Shown: positions 1 through 12,964 of the stretch, piece after piece
Layout: the number at the start of each line of letters is the position of its first letter
Numbering within the stretch: the first letter of the stretch is position 1
Source: an uncultured delta proteobacterium
GTDB taxonomy: Bacteria; Desulfobacterota; BSN033; UBA1163
DNA: 64,000 bases
Assembly: GCA_963708295.1 (NCBI GenBank)
Contig: CAVPSJ010000015.1
Coordinates: 224,001-288,000, forward strand
Direction of reading: 5' to 3'
Notes under the pieces: model-generated
Databases searched by the model: none
What the model saw: only the letters and a program-made list of their open reading frames with translations
Told to the model about the DNA's origin: nothing
Translations under genes and position numbers: made by a program

Positions 1-679
1 TGATCAACCAGCTATCTCTCCCCATCTTCTCCAGGCTTCAACACGATAGCCGAGCAGTTGCAGGAAATACTTCCTGAGAATAACGAAATACCTTGCAGTT
101 ATTTCCCTTCCTTTGCAGATTGGAATGGCACTTGTCGCCAAAGACCTGATCCATGTGCTGCTTTCAGAGAAATGGCTTCCAATGGCGGGAATCCTTCAAA
201 TCTTCTCCCTTGGCGGCGTTCTTTATATTCTCCCTCTTCCTTCAGCTCCGGTGTTAACCGCAAGGGGTAAGTCGGATACTCTGTTAAAGATTTTCAGGTA
301 TATCAGCTTTTGTGATAATTATTGCCTTTTTCATAGGAAGTCAATTCGGGCTGAACGGAGTAGCCGTTAGTTGGATTATCGCTTTACCCAATACTTCAGA
401 CTCTATTTGCTGTCACTGAGCCTGAGGGAATTAGGTCTCACAATGCGGGAATATGTAGAGAACATATCCTCCCCATTAATGGCGACTGTAGCAATGACCG
501 TTATCGTCCTCCTATTGGGAATTGTCACTCCTGCGCATACCGGAGCTCTAGGCCGGTTGATTCTTGACGTGAGTGCGGGGGCTGCATCATACTTCATGGT
601 TCTCTTTTTGATCGACAGGGAATTCGGTTCTGACGTAAAGTATATTACTCGGGAGCTGCTTTCAGTTTCTCGGTCGTAG
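1..679 (+). CDS. Wzx/PST-family polysaccharide flippase, C-terminal part (5' end outside window; frameshifted)
   Basis: Hydrophobic multi-TM segments across ORFs 113..370 and 371..679 (GMALVAKDLIHVLLSEKWLPMAGILQIF; ARGKSD), typical of the WzxC-like C-terminus. Confidence 0.75.
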
Positions 680-915
680 CAGGATTTCGAGCACATGTTG
701 CTGCTGATGCTCGATAGGATATTCATTTCAATGACACTGCGAGCCGGTTTAAAGGGAAGATGGTTGTCATAACGCTCGCGTGGATGGGCGCAGGAATAAT
801 AATGGCCACACAAGAACATTGTTGTGGATTACCCATAGCAAGGTAAAGTTTGCTGGCCACTACGAAGAGATCTACATTAGCCCTGAGGCGGAAGTGACTA
901 TTCAGAGGAATTTAG

Positions 916-1963
916 ATGATCTGTGATTTTGAAACCTACCATGGATCGCCCCCGAATAATTGGGACGAAATAGTACATCGATTAGGGGGATCCGTTTTCC
1001 ACAGTACGTTTTGGGCGGAATATCAGAGAAAGATCCAAAATGTTCAACCGATATTTATCCTGTCGCGTGATGAAAAGGGTGAAGAGTGTGCGGCAGCGGT
1101 GGCTCTTTTCAGGCAATCCCGGAGAAAAGTTGTTTCGTGGATTCTCCGAGATATTTCACTGACTGCCCATCCCTGCGTTCGGGATCAAGCAGGGGACACA
1201 GCTATCGAATTTATGCAAAGGTGCGAAGGGTTGGCGCAGGGCACTTAGATGTTCCCGTATGACCATTGAATCGTTCATGAGTGGCAGAAGCTCTTTTGTT
1301 CCATCCGAGTGTGGGTATTTGGAAACTGGGCGATTGGAGTTTTCTGTAAATCTCTCGGAAGATATAGATAGCCTTTGGGGGAATCTCGGCAAGGACCAGC
1401 GTGAGAAGATCAAACGCCTTAAACGAGAGGGTGTTGCAATTGAGATTGGAAATACATTGGAGGATCTTCAGGGGCTTCGGTCTGCTCGAGAAGCTACTCA
1501 AGCTAAGAGGTTCCTTCACGGACAGGGATATCAACTTTCCGGGGATGATAAATTCTATGAATCAATTCATGAATATCTTATTAAAAGAGGAGTTGCTACC
1601 CTTTTTGTAGCGAGACATAAAAGCGAGATAATTGCAGCACTCTTTTTCATGACTTTCAATAAAAAGGCATGTTCTGTCTTCAGTGGCAGCACGGATCTTG
1701 GTTATAAATTCGGCGCCCAGAGTGGACTTTTCTGGACAGCAGTGGAAACATTTAAATCTCAAGGATTTGAGGAATTGAATCGTGGCGGGGTTCCAGCTTC
1801 AGCTGTAAGTGAATCCGATCCCCTTCATGGCATTTATCTCTTTAAGCTACGTCTTGGAACCACAGCTCTACTGTGTCGATCTGGAGAAAAGGTTCTGAGC
1901 CCATTTGCGGACCGGTTGACCAGGCTTCGGAACAAGTTGCGAACTTTGAGAAAAACCACATAG
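916..1963 (+). CDS. FemAB-like / GNAT (Acetyltransf_6) family protein, split by a frameshift near 1240
   Basis: SVFHSTFWAEY N-terminus; NLSEDIDSLWGNLGKDQREKIKRLKREGV; GIYLFKLRLG C-terminal motif. Confidence 0.75.
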
Positions 1964-2017
1964 ACAGTTGTTTTAATGAAATCTCGGTAGGCGCTCGCAG
2001 AGTAATATATTTTCGAA

Positions 2018-3289
2018 ATGGGTTTCAATCTTCAGATCGAAATGACCCCTACGGAAAATTCGCTCATACTCATACCGTGTGCCCTTATTGCGTGCCGTAC
2101 TGGAACCGCGTCCACTTACCGGGCAATGATCAGGTGTTTTCTGAGGATGGAGGTTATTGATGGCCCGGATGTAGACCACTTAATGGAGCGCCTTAGGCAG
2201 ATTTTTCTCTGTGCCGGCCGTGATACCCTGTAGAAGTGGTAGAGTTGCAATCGAATTAGCACTTCGTGCTTCTGGCGTTTCCAAAGGGGACGAGGTTGCT
2301 GTTCCGACATTCTGCTGTACGAGCGTAATTCCTCCTATTTTACGATCTGTCGGAGCCATACCCGATTCTGACTGATCGTGGGCGAGGAATTAAGTCTGAC
2401 GTCCTGAGACGTTGACTGCTGCTCTTTCTTCTAAGACCAAGGCAGTGATTGTCCCTCATCTATTTGGAAACCTCCATAGAAATTAAGAAATTACGAAATT
2501 GTGGAGAGGTGTCGCTCACGATCGAGGGACATCGTCATAGGAAACGACGCGGCACGGAGCCTTTGGCGCGACGCTCGATGCGACGGCCGCTCGGCACTTT
2601 CGGAGATGCGGGCGTGGTGAGCTTCGGCAATGGTAAAGTCTGTTTCGGAACCGGAGGCGGAGTACTGGCTGTCCGGAAGACCCGATATCCTGGAGCGGGC
2701 TAGGCAGGTGAAGCTCAGTCCCGGGGTACTCCTTCTTACGAGGGGCACTCGACGGTTTGGTCGACACTTATCTGGAGGAGGTGGCGTCAATGGTCACTCC
2801 CATTGCAGGCTGTTATCTCGCGGGGTAACACGGCCCAGAAGTAAGGAGAGCCAACCATATCTCAAGGAGACAATGAGAAATCTGGATGCTGCTATTGCCC
2901 TAACACTTCTGGATACTCTGGAGAATAACATACACGCCAGACGCGAGGGTGTTTCCGGATACCGAGAGTTTTTGAAGGAGAACCCTCGATTGGCATTAGC
3001 ATCCCGCATAGCGTTGGATCCGCATGTTTGAGACAAGTGATTCGTCGTGACCATTCATAGCGCAGAGAGATGTCATTAAGACTTTACGGGGCAGGGGTTA
3101 TGAGGTTAGTGATAGCTATACGCCGCTTCAATCTGTTACCGGAGTATCGTAAAGTTGCTCGCTCTCCCTTGAAGGAATGCTGAGCGGACTTGGAATCAGC
3201 AATTTGTTCGAAGTTCCATGCGAGCCATCGGTTTCTTTGGATGAGGTGGCCAACATTTCTTCGATAGCTTCGTGAATGCATTACGGTAG
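2018..3289 (+). CDS. DegT/DnrJ/EryC1/StrS-family PLP sugar aminotransferase-like gene, multiply frameshifted
   Basis: Fragments in different frames: SGRVAIELALRASGVSKGDEVAVPTFCCTSV (about 2236-2330) and RPLGTFGDAGVVSFGNGKVCFGTGGGVL (PLP-lysine region); ends approximate. Confidence 0.7.
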
Positions 3290-3297
3290 GAAAGAGT

Positions 3298-3905
3298 ATG
3301 ATAGCTAATGAAGAGCTGCTTCACACCGCCCGTGAAGTGTTCCGAAAAGAGGGCCTCTCTGCTGTCCTGAGAGAGGTGATGTGGAAGGTCATAGTTGTGG
3401 AGACCTATGTGGCTTATCGATTCGATCTCCGTAATCCTCTGCCAGATCTCATGGAGGAATCTCCTCTTTCTGGTCCGCCAAGTAACGGAGGATGAATTTA
3501 AGCGGTTCCGGTGATGCCGCCTCCTTTCCCGCGCCAGGCAGAGGTTCGTGAACAAGTTCGGACTTGATCAGTGTTACGTGGGGATTGTGGGGAGGTGAGA
3601 TTGCGTTTGTGGTCTGGATCTACTACCCACATGAAAGGGATCGAACTCCAACACGGTTTTGTCGACTGCGTAATGAGATGAGGTGGCTATCGCCAATGGT
3701 ATAACTCTCCCGCAGTTTAGAGGGAAGGGTGTGTACCCTCGAGTGATGCGGGCGCTTCTCGAAAAGGTTCGAAACGAGAGGTTACCGCTATTGCTATGGA
3801 TACATCGAAGTGGAAAAACTTGGCAGCACAAAGGGCAATTTCGAAAGTTAAGTTTGTAAAGGTTGGCAGGAGTTGGCGAATTCGATTGTTTTATCACTAT
3901 CGTAA
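3298..3905 (+). CDS. GNAT N-acetyltransferase, frameshifted
   Basis: N-terminal ORF 3298..3495, then acetyl-CoA motif A ITLPQFRGKGVYPRVM at about 3700-3750; end approximate. Confidence 0.65.
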
Positions 3906-3960
3906 AGATCCGGGCGCAGGAATTTATATCCAGGGTCGTCTGTCGCATCCCTAAAATTAT

Positions 3961-5112
3961 ATGCGAAAACTTCGATTGGCTTTACATGATGCGCTGAATC
4001 TTTCCTATGGCCTGTTGTTTAGGCACTGAAAACTCACCTTGAAGGAGCAATGACCTGGCTGTGTCAGGCTCAGGACGCTACTGGCGGGCGCGGTGTTGCG
4101 CGGAGTTACTCGCTGCGATGGCAGAAAGATGCACAACCGGAGAGGTTGGCTCGGCGCATACCCGGAAACAACCGGATACATTATTCCGACCTTCTTCACT
4201 TTATGCGAATTTTGGTGGTGAGGAAATATACCGGGACCGGGCGATTCGAATGGCAGAATGGGAGGTCGAGGTACAGATGTCAAACGGTGCAGTGCAAGGA
4301 GGGACGATTGAATTTCCGCCCACCCCTGCCGTATTTAACACGGGACAAGTGCTCTTTGGTTGGTGCAGTGCTTACCAGGAGACTAAAGATGAGAAGTTTA
4401 TCACCGCGATACAAAAAGCGGCGGACTTCCTGCTGAAGGCCCAGGATTCCGATGGTGCCTGGCGCAATCATGGCTCCGAGTACGCTCGGAAGGGAGTAAA
4501 CTTATATGACGCTCGAACAGCCTGGGGATTGCTCGAAGCTTTTAAGATTACATGTGACGCACGTTATAGGGATTCTGCAAGCCATAACCTTGAGTTCGTA
4601 CTTTCACGACAGTAACGCGAATGGTTGGTTCCCGGACTGTTGCCTTGACGACAACAATAACCCGCTGCTTCACACCATTGCCTATACCATGGAAGGCTTA
4701 TTAGAAGCCGGAGTGATTCTAGAGGAATCCCGATACATAGAGGCTGCCCGTCGGGCTGCTGATGCTTTGCTTGGCAATCAGAAATCGGACGGGAGCTTAG
4801 CTGGGAGATTCAATGCCCAGTGGGCGCCGATCGGATATTGGAGTTGCCTCACAGGAGATGCTCAAACAGCTTTGGTGTGGTTTCGGCTTTTTCAATTGAC
4901 CGGGGATAGTAAATACCTGAACGCAGCTCGCCGCATGAATAGATATCTGATGGGTACCCAAAACCTTGCCGCAATGGATTCGGGTATACGCGGGGGGATA
5001 AAAGGATCTCACCCCATCTGGGGCGAGTATGCCCCCTATGAGTTCCCTGAATTGGGCTTCTAAATTCTTTGCCGACGCTCTCTTGCTGGAGTTGAAGGTT
5101 TCAAGTGGATAA
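3961..5112 (+). CDS. Prenyltransferase/squalene-oxidase-repeat (alpha/alpha toroid) protein, frameshifted
   Basis: WLCQAQDATG, AYPETTGYIIPTF, QMSNGA, FNTGQVLFG, AQDSDGAW, LHTIAYTMEGLLE and CLTGDAQ motifs over ORFs 4050/4061/4506. Confidence 0.7.
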
Positions 5113-6361
5113 TGGAACTGTGAAGCGAGTGCTCATGGTCGCATACCACTTTCCTCCTGAGGGAGGTGGCAGCGGGGTCTTACGAACGCTCAAATTCACC
5201 AAATACCTGCCTCGCCACGGCTGGATACCCCACGTTCTTACCCTCAAGCAGTCTTTTTACGTTGACAAGGACAATGGACTTCTGAGTGATGTTCCACCGG
5301 AGGCTGTTGTTCACAGGACTTTTGCCCTGGATAGCTCTCGGCATCTGGCCATAAGAGGGCGCTACCTGAGTCTTTTTTCCGTTCCTGATAGATTCGTTAG
5401 CTGGCTTCCCTTCGGTGTCCTGCGAGGGATGCGGTTGATCAGGAACGCAGGTATTGATGTTCTTTACTCTACAAGCCCACCGGCGACCGCCCACCTTATC
5501 GGCGGTGCGCTGAAAAGACTCACCGGCCTTCCATGGGTGGTTGATTTCAGGGATCCCTGGATTGAAGAGGGTTTCTTTCCAATCCGGGGAACGCTTCGTT
5601 ATCGAGTTGAGTCCTTTTTGGAACGCCATGTCGTCCACCGTGCTGATCGCTTGATTTTTACGACTCCATACCTCCGGAAAGATTTTCTGTCTCGGTATCC
5701 AAATCTTTCACCAGATAAGGCAGCGGTCATCTATAATGGCTACGACGAAGCTGATTTTCAGCATTTGGATGGCCAGGTTCAAAATGACCGATTCGAGATA
5801 ATCCACGCTGGCCTCGTAACTCCGGAGTTCCGTTCTCCATTCCCTCTGCTCAAGGCGATTGCCACCCTGGTGGCCGAAGGAAATTTACAGCCTGAAAAAA
5901 TCAGGATAACTTTCCTGGGTGGGGGACCTTATTTAGTCTCTAAGAGGTTTACTGATACCATAAAAGATCTCAGGCTTAACGGGGCCGTTGAGGTGGCTGA
6001 CCGAGTTTCTCATCGTCAAGCACTTCAGCGCCTGAGAAAGGCTGCTGTTCTTCTTCTCCTCCAGGCATCTGAGGATACCAGGTTCCTAATCCCTGCCAAG
6101 GCTTTTGAGTACCTCCGTATTGGGAGGCCGATCCTCGCTTTGACGCTCGAAGGTGCTACGGCAGATCTCTTCAAGGGAATGGACTACTGCTACGTTGTAA
6201 ATCCGATCGACGAGTCGCGCTTACGAAATGCTATAATGTCATTGTACAAGTCGTGGTGTGAATCACCCGATAGGATTCAAGTGTCTCCTTCGATTCAACG
6301 ATATGAGCGTAGCCTTCTTACTGCAGAACTGGCTCAACTCTTGGAGGAGGTTGTAGTCTGA
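5105..6361 (+). CDS. Glycosyltransferase family 4 (GT-B)
   Basis: VLMVAYHFPPEGGGSGVLR N-terminus; DFRDPW; VIYNGYD; PAKAFEYL. Confidence 0.9.
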   Translation: MDNGTVKRVLMVAYHFPPEGGGSGVLRTLKFTKYLPRHGWIPHVLTLKQSFYVDKDNGLLSDVPPEAVVHRTFALDSSRHLAIRGRYLSLFSVPDRFVSWLPFGVLRGMRLIRNAGIDVLYSTSPPATAHLIGGALKRLTGLPWVVDFRDPWIEEGFFPIRGTLRYRVESFLERHVVHRADRLIFTTPYLRKDFLSRYPNLSPDKAAVIYNGYDEADFQHLDGQVQNDRFEIIHAGLVTPEFRSPFPLLKAIATLVAEGNLQPEKIRITFLGGGPYLVSKRFTDTIKDLRLNGAVEVADRVSHRQALQRLRKAAVLLLLQASEDTRFLIPAKAFEYLRIGRPILALTLEGATADLFKGMDYCYVVNPIDESRLRNAIMSLYKSWCESPDRIQVSPSIQRYERSLLTAELAQLLEEVVV

Positions 6362-6368
6362 TTCACTG

Positions 6369-6731
6369 CTGTCCAAATTAGGCGGAATTTCTTGAAGGCT
6401 GGGTTGATTTCATTGGGCTTTGGGATTGATATGAGCCCCTTTTCAAGGCCAGGTTTCACCGCAGAGCCGCAGAGACCGCTGAGGAAGATTTCTTCTGCTC
6501 CAATCGGCCACCGGCTCAGAGAGCCTATGGCTCGGAGAGGAGACGGCGATTGGAGCAGAAACTCCATCCCGCGGGGAATAAGATGGGACTCTGTTTGCGG
6601 CTATGGCACATGATATAAGCCTTGTACTGAAGGGACAGAAACCTTTTTGTTTGGCGGCCTCTCACCGCCAAACAAAAAATATCTACTCTGCGTCCTCTGC
6701 GCCTTTGCGGTGAAAATTCTATTTTGGACAA
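6369..6731. mobile_element. MITE-like element with terminal inverted repeats and nested palindromes (family A, copy 1)
   Basis: CTGTCCAAATTAG (6369) and CTATTTTGGACAA (6719-6731) form an 11/13 inverted match; the internal core is homologous to 29769-29850. Confidence 0.6.
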
Positions 6732-6808
6732 GAATGAGTCTGATTACACAATTTTCTTACAAAGGGATTTGTTTACCCAATACCACAAAATCTTAACCAC
6801 GTAGACTT

Positions 6809-8130
6809 ATGCCCATACGAGACATTCTCCTCACAGTTGTTGTTTTCGGCTTGCTTCCTATCTGTTTATTAAGGCCATGGATCGGCGTACTGGTATGGTC
6901 GTGGATTGGCTATATGAACCCACACCGCTTGGCCTGGGGTTTTGCCCGTAATATCCCCTTCGCCTTTATGGTGGCGATTGCAGTAATGTTTGGTTTTCTC
7001 TTTACGAAAGACCGGTACTCGTTACCTCGAACAAGGGAAGTATTCCTCCTCTTACTCCTCTGGGCAACGTTCTTTCTCTCAACGCTATTTGCTGTCTATC
7101 CTGAAGATGCTTGGGAGCAACTGAACAAAGTTTCGAAAATCTTGCTCATGACATTTATGACGCTTCTGTTGTTCCAAGACCAGAAGAAAGTCACAATGCT
7201 TCTCTGGGTCATCGCTCTCTCTATCGGATTCTTTGGCCTGAAGGGAGGGATTTGGGGTGTACTTACCGGTGGTCAAAATATGGTCCTCGGTCCACCGGAT
7301 TCGTTTATTGCAGGCAATACAGAGATTGGTCTTGCTCTGAATATGGTGTTGCCTATCCTTCTTTTCCTTAGACGTGAAACAAGCCGACGATGGCTGAGAC
7401 ATGTCTTGTTGGCGATGTTTGTGTTTTCCATCATTGCTATCCTGATTACTTATTCCCGGGGAGCACTTCTCGGGTTAGCTGCTGTTCTTTCTGTTCTTTT
7501 TTTAAAGAGCAGAGGTAAAGTGATTGTCTTGCTGATTCTATGTATGGGTTTTCTTCTTGCCACAATCAGTCTCTTCCGGAAAAATGGTTTGGAAGGATGG
7601 AGACTATAAAGACTTACGAACAAGATCGATCAGCGATGGGACGCTTGAGAGCATGGGAGATGGCATGGAATCTGGCCTTAGACCGGCCTCTCCTGGGCGC
7701 AGGGTTCCGAGCGTTCCAACCGGAAATGTATAAACAGTACCTTCCGGAATTTCCAGAATCGAGCAGAGATGCGCACAGTATCTTCTTTCAGGTTTTAGCT
7801 GAACATGGGTTTACAGGAATCATACTCTACATCATGCTCATATTGTCCACCTTTCTGAGCTTGAGACAGTTGATTCGAAAGTCTCGCAGGAAACCGTCAC
7901 TTCAATGGATTTCCAGCTATGCACAGATGCTGGAGGCGAGTCTAATAGGATTCGTGGTAAGTGGAATGTTTCTTAGTCTGTCGTACTTTGACCTCTTTTT
8001 TCACCTCATCGCAATTGTGATTATCCTCAAACAACTTACCCGGGCTGAGGAACAAAAGCTCAATCTCGGGTTATTAAAAAACCGGGCTACCCGTGTTTCC
8101 GAGAGTTTGGCACAGAATGCTACAAGTTGA
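6809..8130 (+). CDS. Putative O-glycosylation ligase, exosortase A system-associated (O-antigen ligase/Wzy-like); frameshift near 7560
   Basis: MPIRDILLTVVVFGLLP...WIGYMNPHRLAWGFA; TYSRGALLGL; SAMGRLRAW; DAHSIFFQVLAEHG. Confidence 0.85.
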
Positions 8131-8148
8131 TCTTTGGCTTGGAGAAGA

Positions 8149-8894
8149 ATGAAAACTTTTGAAGAAGAGTGGAAAAGAAGGTTCGAGAGCTTTGCCCGAG
8201 ACTACGAGGTTGACCACCTCATCTCCGGATGGTCAGACAATGGACTTAAGCAACGGCTTGCCTATGTTTAAACAGCTAATGAGAGGGCAAAAACTCCCTG
8301 TTCCAGCACAAATTTTAGACCTCGGCTGTGGAGCCGGAAACTATGTCCGCTTCCTCGCTGATATTGGACACAGGGTCGTTGGCCTTGACTACTCGCTCCC
8401 GAGCCTGCGTCGGGCGTCTGGCTGCGGACTCGAGAACAGATCTGGGCATTATGTCGGAGGAGATGCCTATCGCTTACCGTTTTGCAGTGAATATTTTGAT
8501 TTAGTGATCTCAATCGGTGTTCTTCAGGCTTTAGGGAGCCCTGAGCGAGCCTTGGATGAGATGGTTCGAGTCCTCCGCCCGAAGGGGCTTCTTGTGATCG
8601 AGTTTCTCAATGCTTTTGAAGTTCGCTGCATTGGTGAGATCTGCGGTTGAAAAGCTGAGTGATAGGTTACCCAGAATCCACACTTATTCGTCTTTCGATG
8701 TTCAGCGTTGGCTCCTTAAGCGGGGCGTAAGATTCATTCAACGAACAGGAATCTATCTTCCCCCGCGGAGGATTCCATGGTTAGGTTGGATATTCAACGT
8801 GAAAGGTCTTGTTCGTTTATTGGAGGGTATTCCGGGCGTCTCCCTTGTGAGTGCTCATGCTTTTTTGTTTATCGGAAAGAAAGAAGGTGAGTGA
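8149..8894 (+). CDS. Class I SAM-dependent methyltransferase, frameshifted
   Basis: ILDLGCGAG motif I; GDAYRLPF; EMVRVLRPKG; ATG at 8149 reads MKTFEEEWKRRFE. Confidence 0.8.
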
Positions 8895-8942
8895 CCGCAC
8901 GTCGGGCTGCAAGTTGTTCGTAAAACAGTTCATTTTCGTGCC

Positions 8943-10289
8943 TTATTGAATTGGGAGATTTCGTGGTGCGGCGGATGGAGCCGTATCAATTGAAATCCTT
9001 GGAGGTCTTGCATACCCGCCACCGACCAAATGGTCAAGGGTTTGCAAAGTTCTTTCAAACGCCCCTACGTCTGCCGGGCTGTCTCTTTGTACCCCCATAA
9101 AATCATCCGGGGGACGCCATGGCTCGATACCGTAACCCGAAGCATTGAGCAAGAGACTATCGGACGAGGGCCAGAGATCATAAGGAGGAGTTACCGCATT
9201 TACGAAGCAGGATGCACCGGTGCTGCAGGTAATATTGCGAACCATAGTTCCTGGGGGTAGGGAAGGGCGCAGCGCAGGAGTTCCAGTCTTGGGAAGAAAT
9301 GCATTGAAAGCGATAACATTGCCACTTCCTGCTTGCCAGGCGGAGACATTGATCCCCGAATCATCATTGTTGATAAGGGTATTATGGACGATCCAGACAT
9401 TTTTCTGCAGGTTACGTTCACCGTAATTCTGGACGCTGATCCCGCCATAGGCATTGCCAATGAGCGCATTGTTACGCACAATAGCCGGACCGCCGCCGAT
9501 CACAATACCTCCTTCCGTCTTAGAACCTTCGACATAGTTTCCCTCTAAGATGCTGGGTGGATCCTTTCGATTCGACCCGTAGACCATTATGCCAGGACCT
9601 TTGGTACGGTAAATAGTATTGTCTCGTACAGTTCCATGGGAATTGAGTTTGATCTCAATACCGTAGCCGATGGCAGAGGGGGCAAAAGGTGTTGTGATGC
9701 CATCGATAAGGTTTCCATCGATTAAGAGATCAGTTGCGCGACAGGTGTTTCCATCATGACAACCAAAATAGAGGCCGGTGTATTTGAGATCCTTGAAAGT
9801 GTTTTGGCGAACGGTAATGCGATGGGTGTCGCCATCGTTGGCGGAAATCGAGACACCTCCAATGCCTTTGAAAAGATTTTTCTCAATGATAATGTCATTG
9901 GCTTTCCGAATCCTTATTGCGTCAACCCCGTCTTGAGTTGGGGCAAACGAGAACCCTCGTATTGTAAGATAAGCAGCATCTCGAAGTTCAAGGACATTGG
10001 AGGTCGAGCCCGGATACGCAAAAGTTGCGCGCCGATCGGGTTCTTCGCTTTGAGAGCGCACCATGATCGGAGAGCCGGGAAGGCCTTTTGCAGTTATCCA
10101 GCAGGGTGTAGAATAGAAGCCTGGAGTAAATACGATTTCGTCTCCAGGAGCGGCATTGTTAATTATATCACACCAGGGATTAGATGGGTTAACTGAAAGG
10201 GATGCCGCTGGAATAGCCTTCGTGAAGGTGCAAGCAGCAAGGAAACAACAAAAAAGAAAGCTAATACCAAATCTCTGTAAACGTGTCAT
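8943..10289 (-). CDS. Secreted right-handed parallel beta-helix (pectin-lyase-like) protein
   Basis: Signal peptide; INNAAPGDEIVFTPG; repeated IxxNxI/GI units; DVGAFE near the C-terminus. Confidence 0.8.
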   Translation of the reverse strand: MTRLQRFGISFLFCCFLAACTFTKAIPAASLSVNPSNPWCDIINNAAPGDEIVFTPGFYSTPCWITAKGLPGSPIMVRSQSEEPDRRATFAYPGSTSNVLELRDAAYLTIRGFSFAPTQDGVDAIRIRKANDIIIEKNLFKGIGGVSISANDGDTHRITVRQNTFKDLKYTGLYFGCHDGNTCRATDLLIDGNLIDGITTPFAPSAIGYGIEIKLNSHGTVRDNTIYRTKGPGIMVYGSNRKDPPSILEGNYVEGSKTEGGIVIGGGPAIVRNNALIGNAYGGISVQNYGERNLQKNVWIVHNTLINNDDSGINVSAWQAGSGNVIAFNAFLPKTGTPALRPSLPPGTMVRNITCSTGASCFVNAVTPPYDLWPSSDSLLLNASGYGIEPWRPPDDFMGVQRDSPADVGAFERTLQTLDHLVGGGYARPPRISIDTAPSAAPRNLPIQ

Positions 10290-10323
10290 ATTTGGACCGC
10301 TAAAACCTTGGCACCCACCAACC

Positions 10324-12619
10324 TTATGGAGTTTTCCGGGGTTCTTTTAGAGTTGAAGGAGGAGTTGTATCGGTACTCGGTTTCGTTCTTGCCCCCCCAC
10401 CGTATCTGTAAAACCATATTTGATTTGTTCCGTAAGTACTTCCTACATATCCCAGTAAAATATATAAATTATGAACAGCATCATAAAAAGATTCTCTTCC
10501 CCAAGGATACTTTCCATTCCAACTATTATATGGTAAATTTTTCTGCCAAGTATTTGTACTTGGCTTATATGTATGAAAAACCATCGGGAATGTTTGGTTT
10601 TCGAAACATTCATTCATAAAGATAATATTATTTGTGCTATCCCACTCATAAGGCCACTGACCAACAAAATATCTATCGCGTTCAGGAAAAGGCGCATCGG
10701 AACTAATCAAACTCATCCTGTCAGTCGCTATATTATAGCTAAATATCTTTCCAAAATAAGAATCCCAGAGATAAACCACTCTAGCTGATTTATCATATGC
10801 CCAATGCCCTCTACTTAGATTATTACGATTGGCTCTTATAGCTCCTGGTATCTTATCCGATTTACTCCAAACATTATTACTTATATCATAGGTATAAACT
10901 CTTATTGAATCCGAATTTCCAACTCCAAATTCAAACGCCTTATTTAGAGTCTGATCATGTATAGCCCAATGGTCGTAGCCAGCTTGAGGTGAATTAGCCA
11001 TCAAGTGCGTTCCATCCCACGTATTGCTAATAGGATCGTACCTCAAATTTACCATACTCATCATAGCGGAGTTGCGGCAGCTTCCGTGGGTGCAATTAGG
11101 ATCATAAACAGTATTTGGATACTGGCATCCGTTCTGAGGAGTGGTCAAGAGTCTGCACTCCTGACAATAATTACCAGAAAAGAAATAATAGAATCGTCCA
11201 TCATTGGAATTGTAAAAAAGCCCTCCTTCATCCATACCATCTAGCTGAACAGTTCCCTGGGTCGCACAGTTAGGAATTTTCGTTGTCCACGTATTTGTGT
11301 CCACATTATAGGTATGGACATCAGAATTAGCCGAACCAGCTCCGTGATCACCACCAAAAAAGTAGATGAGATTATCGCTTGGCCCCATGCCCATCCGGAT
11401 ATGCTTACACTGGCCGTTTTCACAAGCATTGGACCCTCTTGGACCTGCAAGGCTTCTACTAAACCATAGATCTGTAGGGTAGTCATCAGGACAGTAAAGG
11501 ACTGCATCTACGTTGTAGTCAGAAACCGCCACATAGCAATCCATTTTGGATGAATAGGCGAACCTTCCCCAAGTTCCGTTGTCAGGACCACTATAGGTTG
11601 GAGCATTTGCAGTGACGGTAGTTTTTGTCCAGACAAGAGTTGAAAGATTCAGGGTATAAATTGATTGTAGGTCAGAAGGAGTTCTACTTGATCCATACCA
11701 AGCGACGAGTAAATTACGTTTGGAGTCGTAGGTTATACCTGGGGCATTTGCACTTTCTATCTCTGTAGCGCCAGTTGTTGAAACTACTTGATATTGATAA
11801 CTCGGAACTCCATTTACGTTGATCTTCCATAACCCTCCACCACCTATGAAGTAATAATAATCTCCAGCAATCGTCGCATTCCTATGGCCTGTCTGACCTT
11901 TGATGAGCCAAGGTTTGAAAGCGTAAAGTCTACTCCAATTATTTGTAGCTGGGATCGTAAGAGTAAAAATACGCATTTGAGGCACTTATTTCCGAACCCG
12001 TCATATAAATCTTATTATTACCAGGATGATAGGCTGCAAACAGAATGATCCCCCCAGGTTTGGTACCGGTGGGAGTCATCTTTGTCCAAGTCTTTGTCGT
12101 TAAGATCGAACATCCAATCGTCAGTTCCGAATCCCACCACTTCCACAAGCTCATTGAACCACCATGAATCCATATTTTATCGTGGTCTAATCCAGAAGAT
12201 GTAGCAGGAAGAAAAGCCATATTTCCATAAGTATGTCGTGAAACAGGATTATTCGTTCCAGGCACTTCATCAACACATGGTCCAAAAGTACTAGGGGGCC
12301 ATATGTCTGGGTCGGTGATTCGAGTCATCGTGACACCGGTAGTTAAGGAAATGTCTAGTTTATAAACCTCATTTCCTATATAGTCTCCATGTCCACCACC
12401 CCAGAGATACATTGTCCTGTTGGCATCATCCCAGACAGCTCCGCTCCATGCCTTTACAACATTACCGCAATTGCTTGCATAAGAGTAGCTACTCCCTTTG
12501 AAATTATTCGGTGGGCACTTCGATTTAATGTCTGTGGCGGGCAGAGGCAACCATTTGGCTGCAAACGAATTCCCACATAACATTAAAAGAGCGCAAACAA
12601 TTAGTATGGATTTTTTCAT
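10324..12619 (-). CDS. Large secreted Kelch-like beta-propeller protein, split by frameshifts at about 11950-12150
   Basis: Signal peptide MKKSILIVCALLMLCGNSFA; LWGGGHGDY, PVSRHTY, FFGGDHG and YD/N-x3-NTW repeats; AT-richer than its neighbours. Confidence 0.7.
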
Positions 12620-12964
12620 TTTGGTTCTCCAGCTTTCCCATTTTCTCGGCCAGTAACTTGTTTAACATGATTTTTTAGGTTGAGGGCTTGCTTGTTTATG
12701 CCTCGGATTCCGTTTTAAAGCTCAGGCTCAGCGGTAACCCTACAAAACAACGATTTATTAATCTCGGACCTGATTGCCCGGATGACTTTTGAATTAGACC
12801 ATCATTTAAGACCCAATTTATCAGAATCTGAAAAGAAGCGCAATCATTGATCCTGAATAATTCTTGGACATACGCTTAACAAAATTAGGAATTCAAAACA
12901 CCCATGGCAAGTTTTCAGTGAAGAAATGATGGGGGTTGCTCCAGAAAAGTTAAGGGAATAAATT

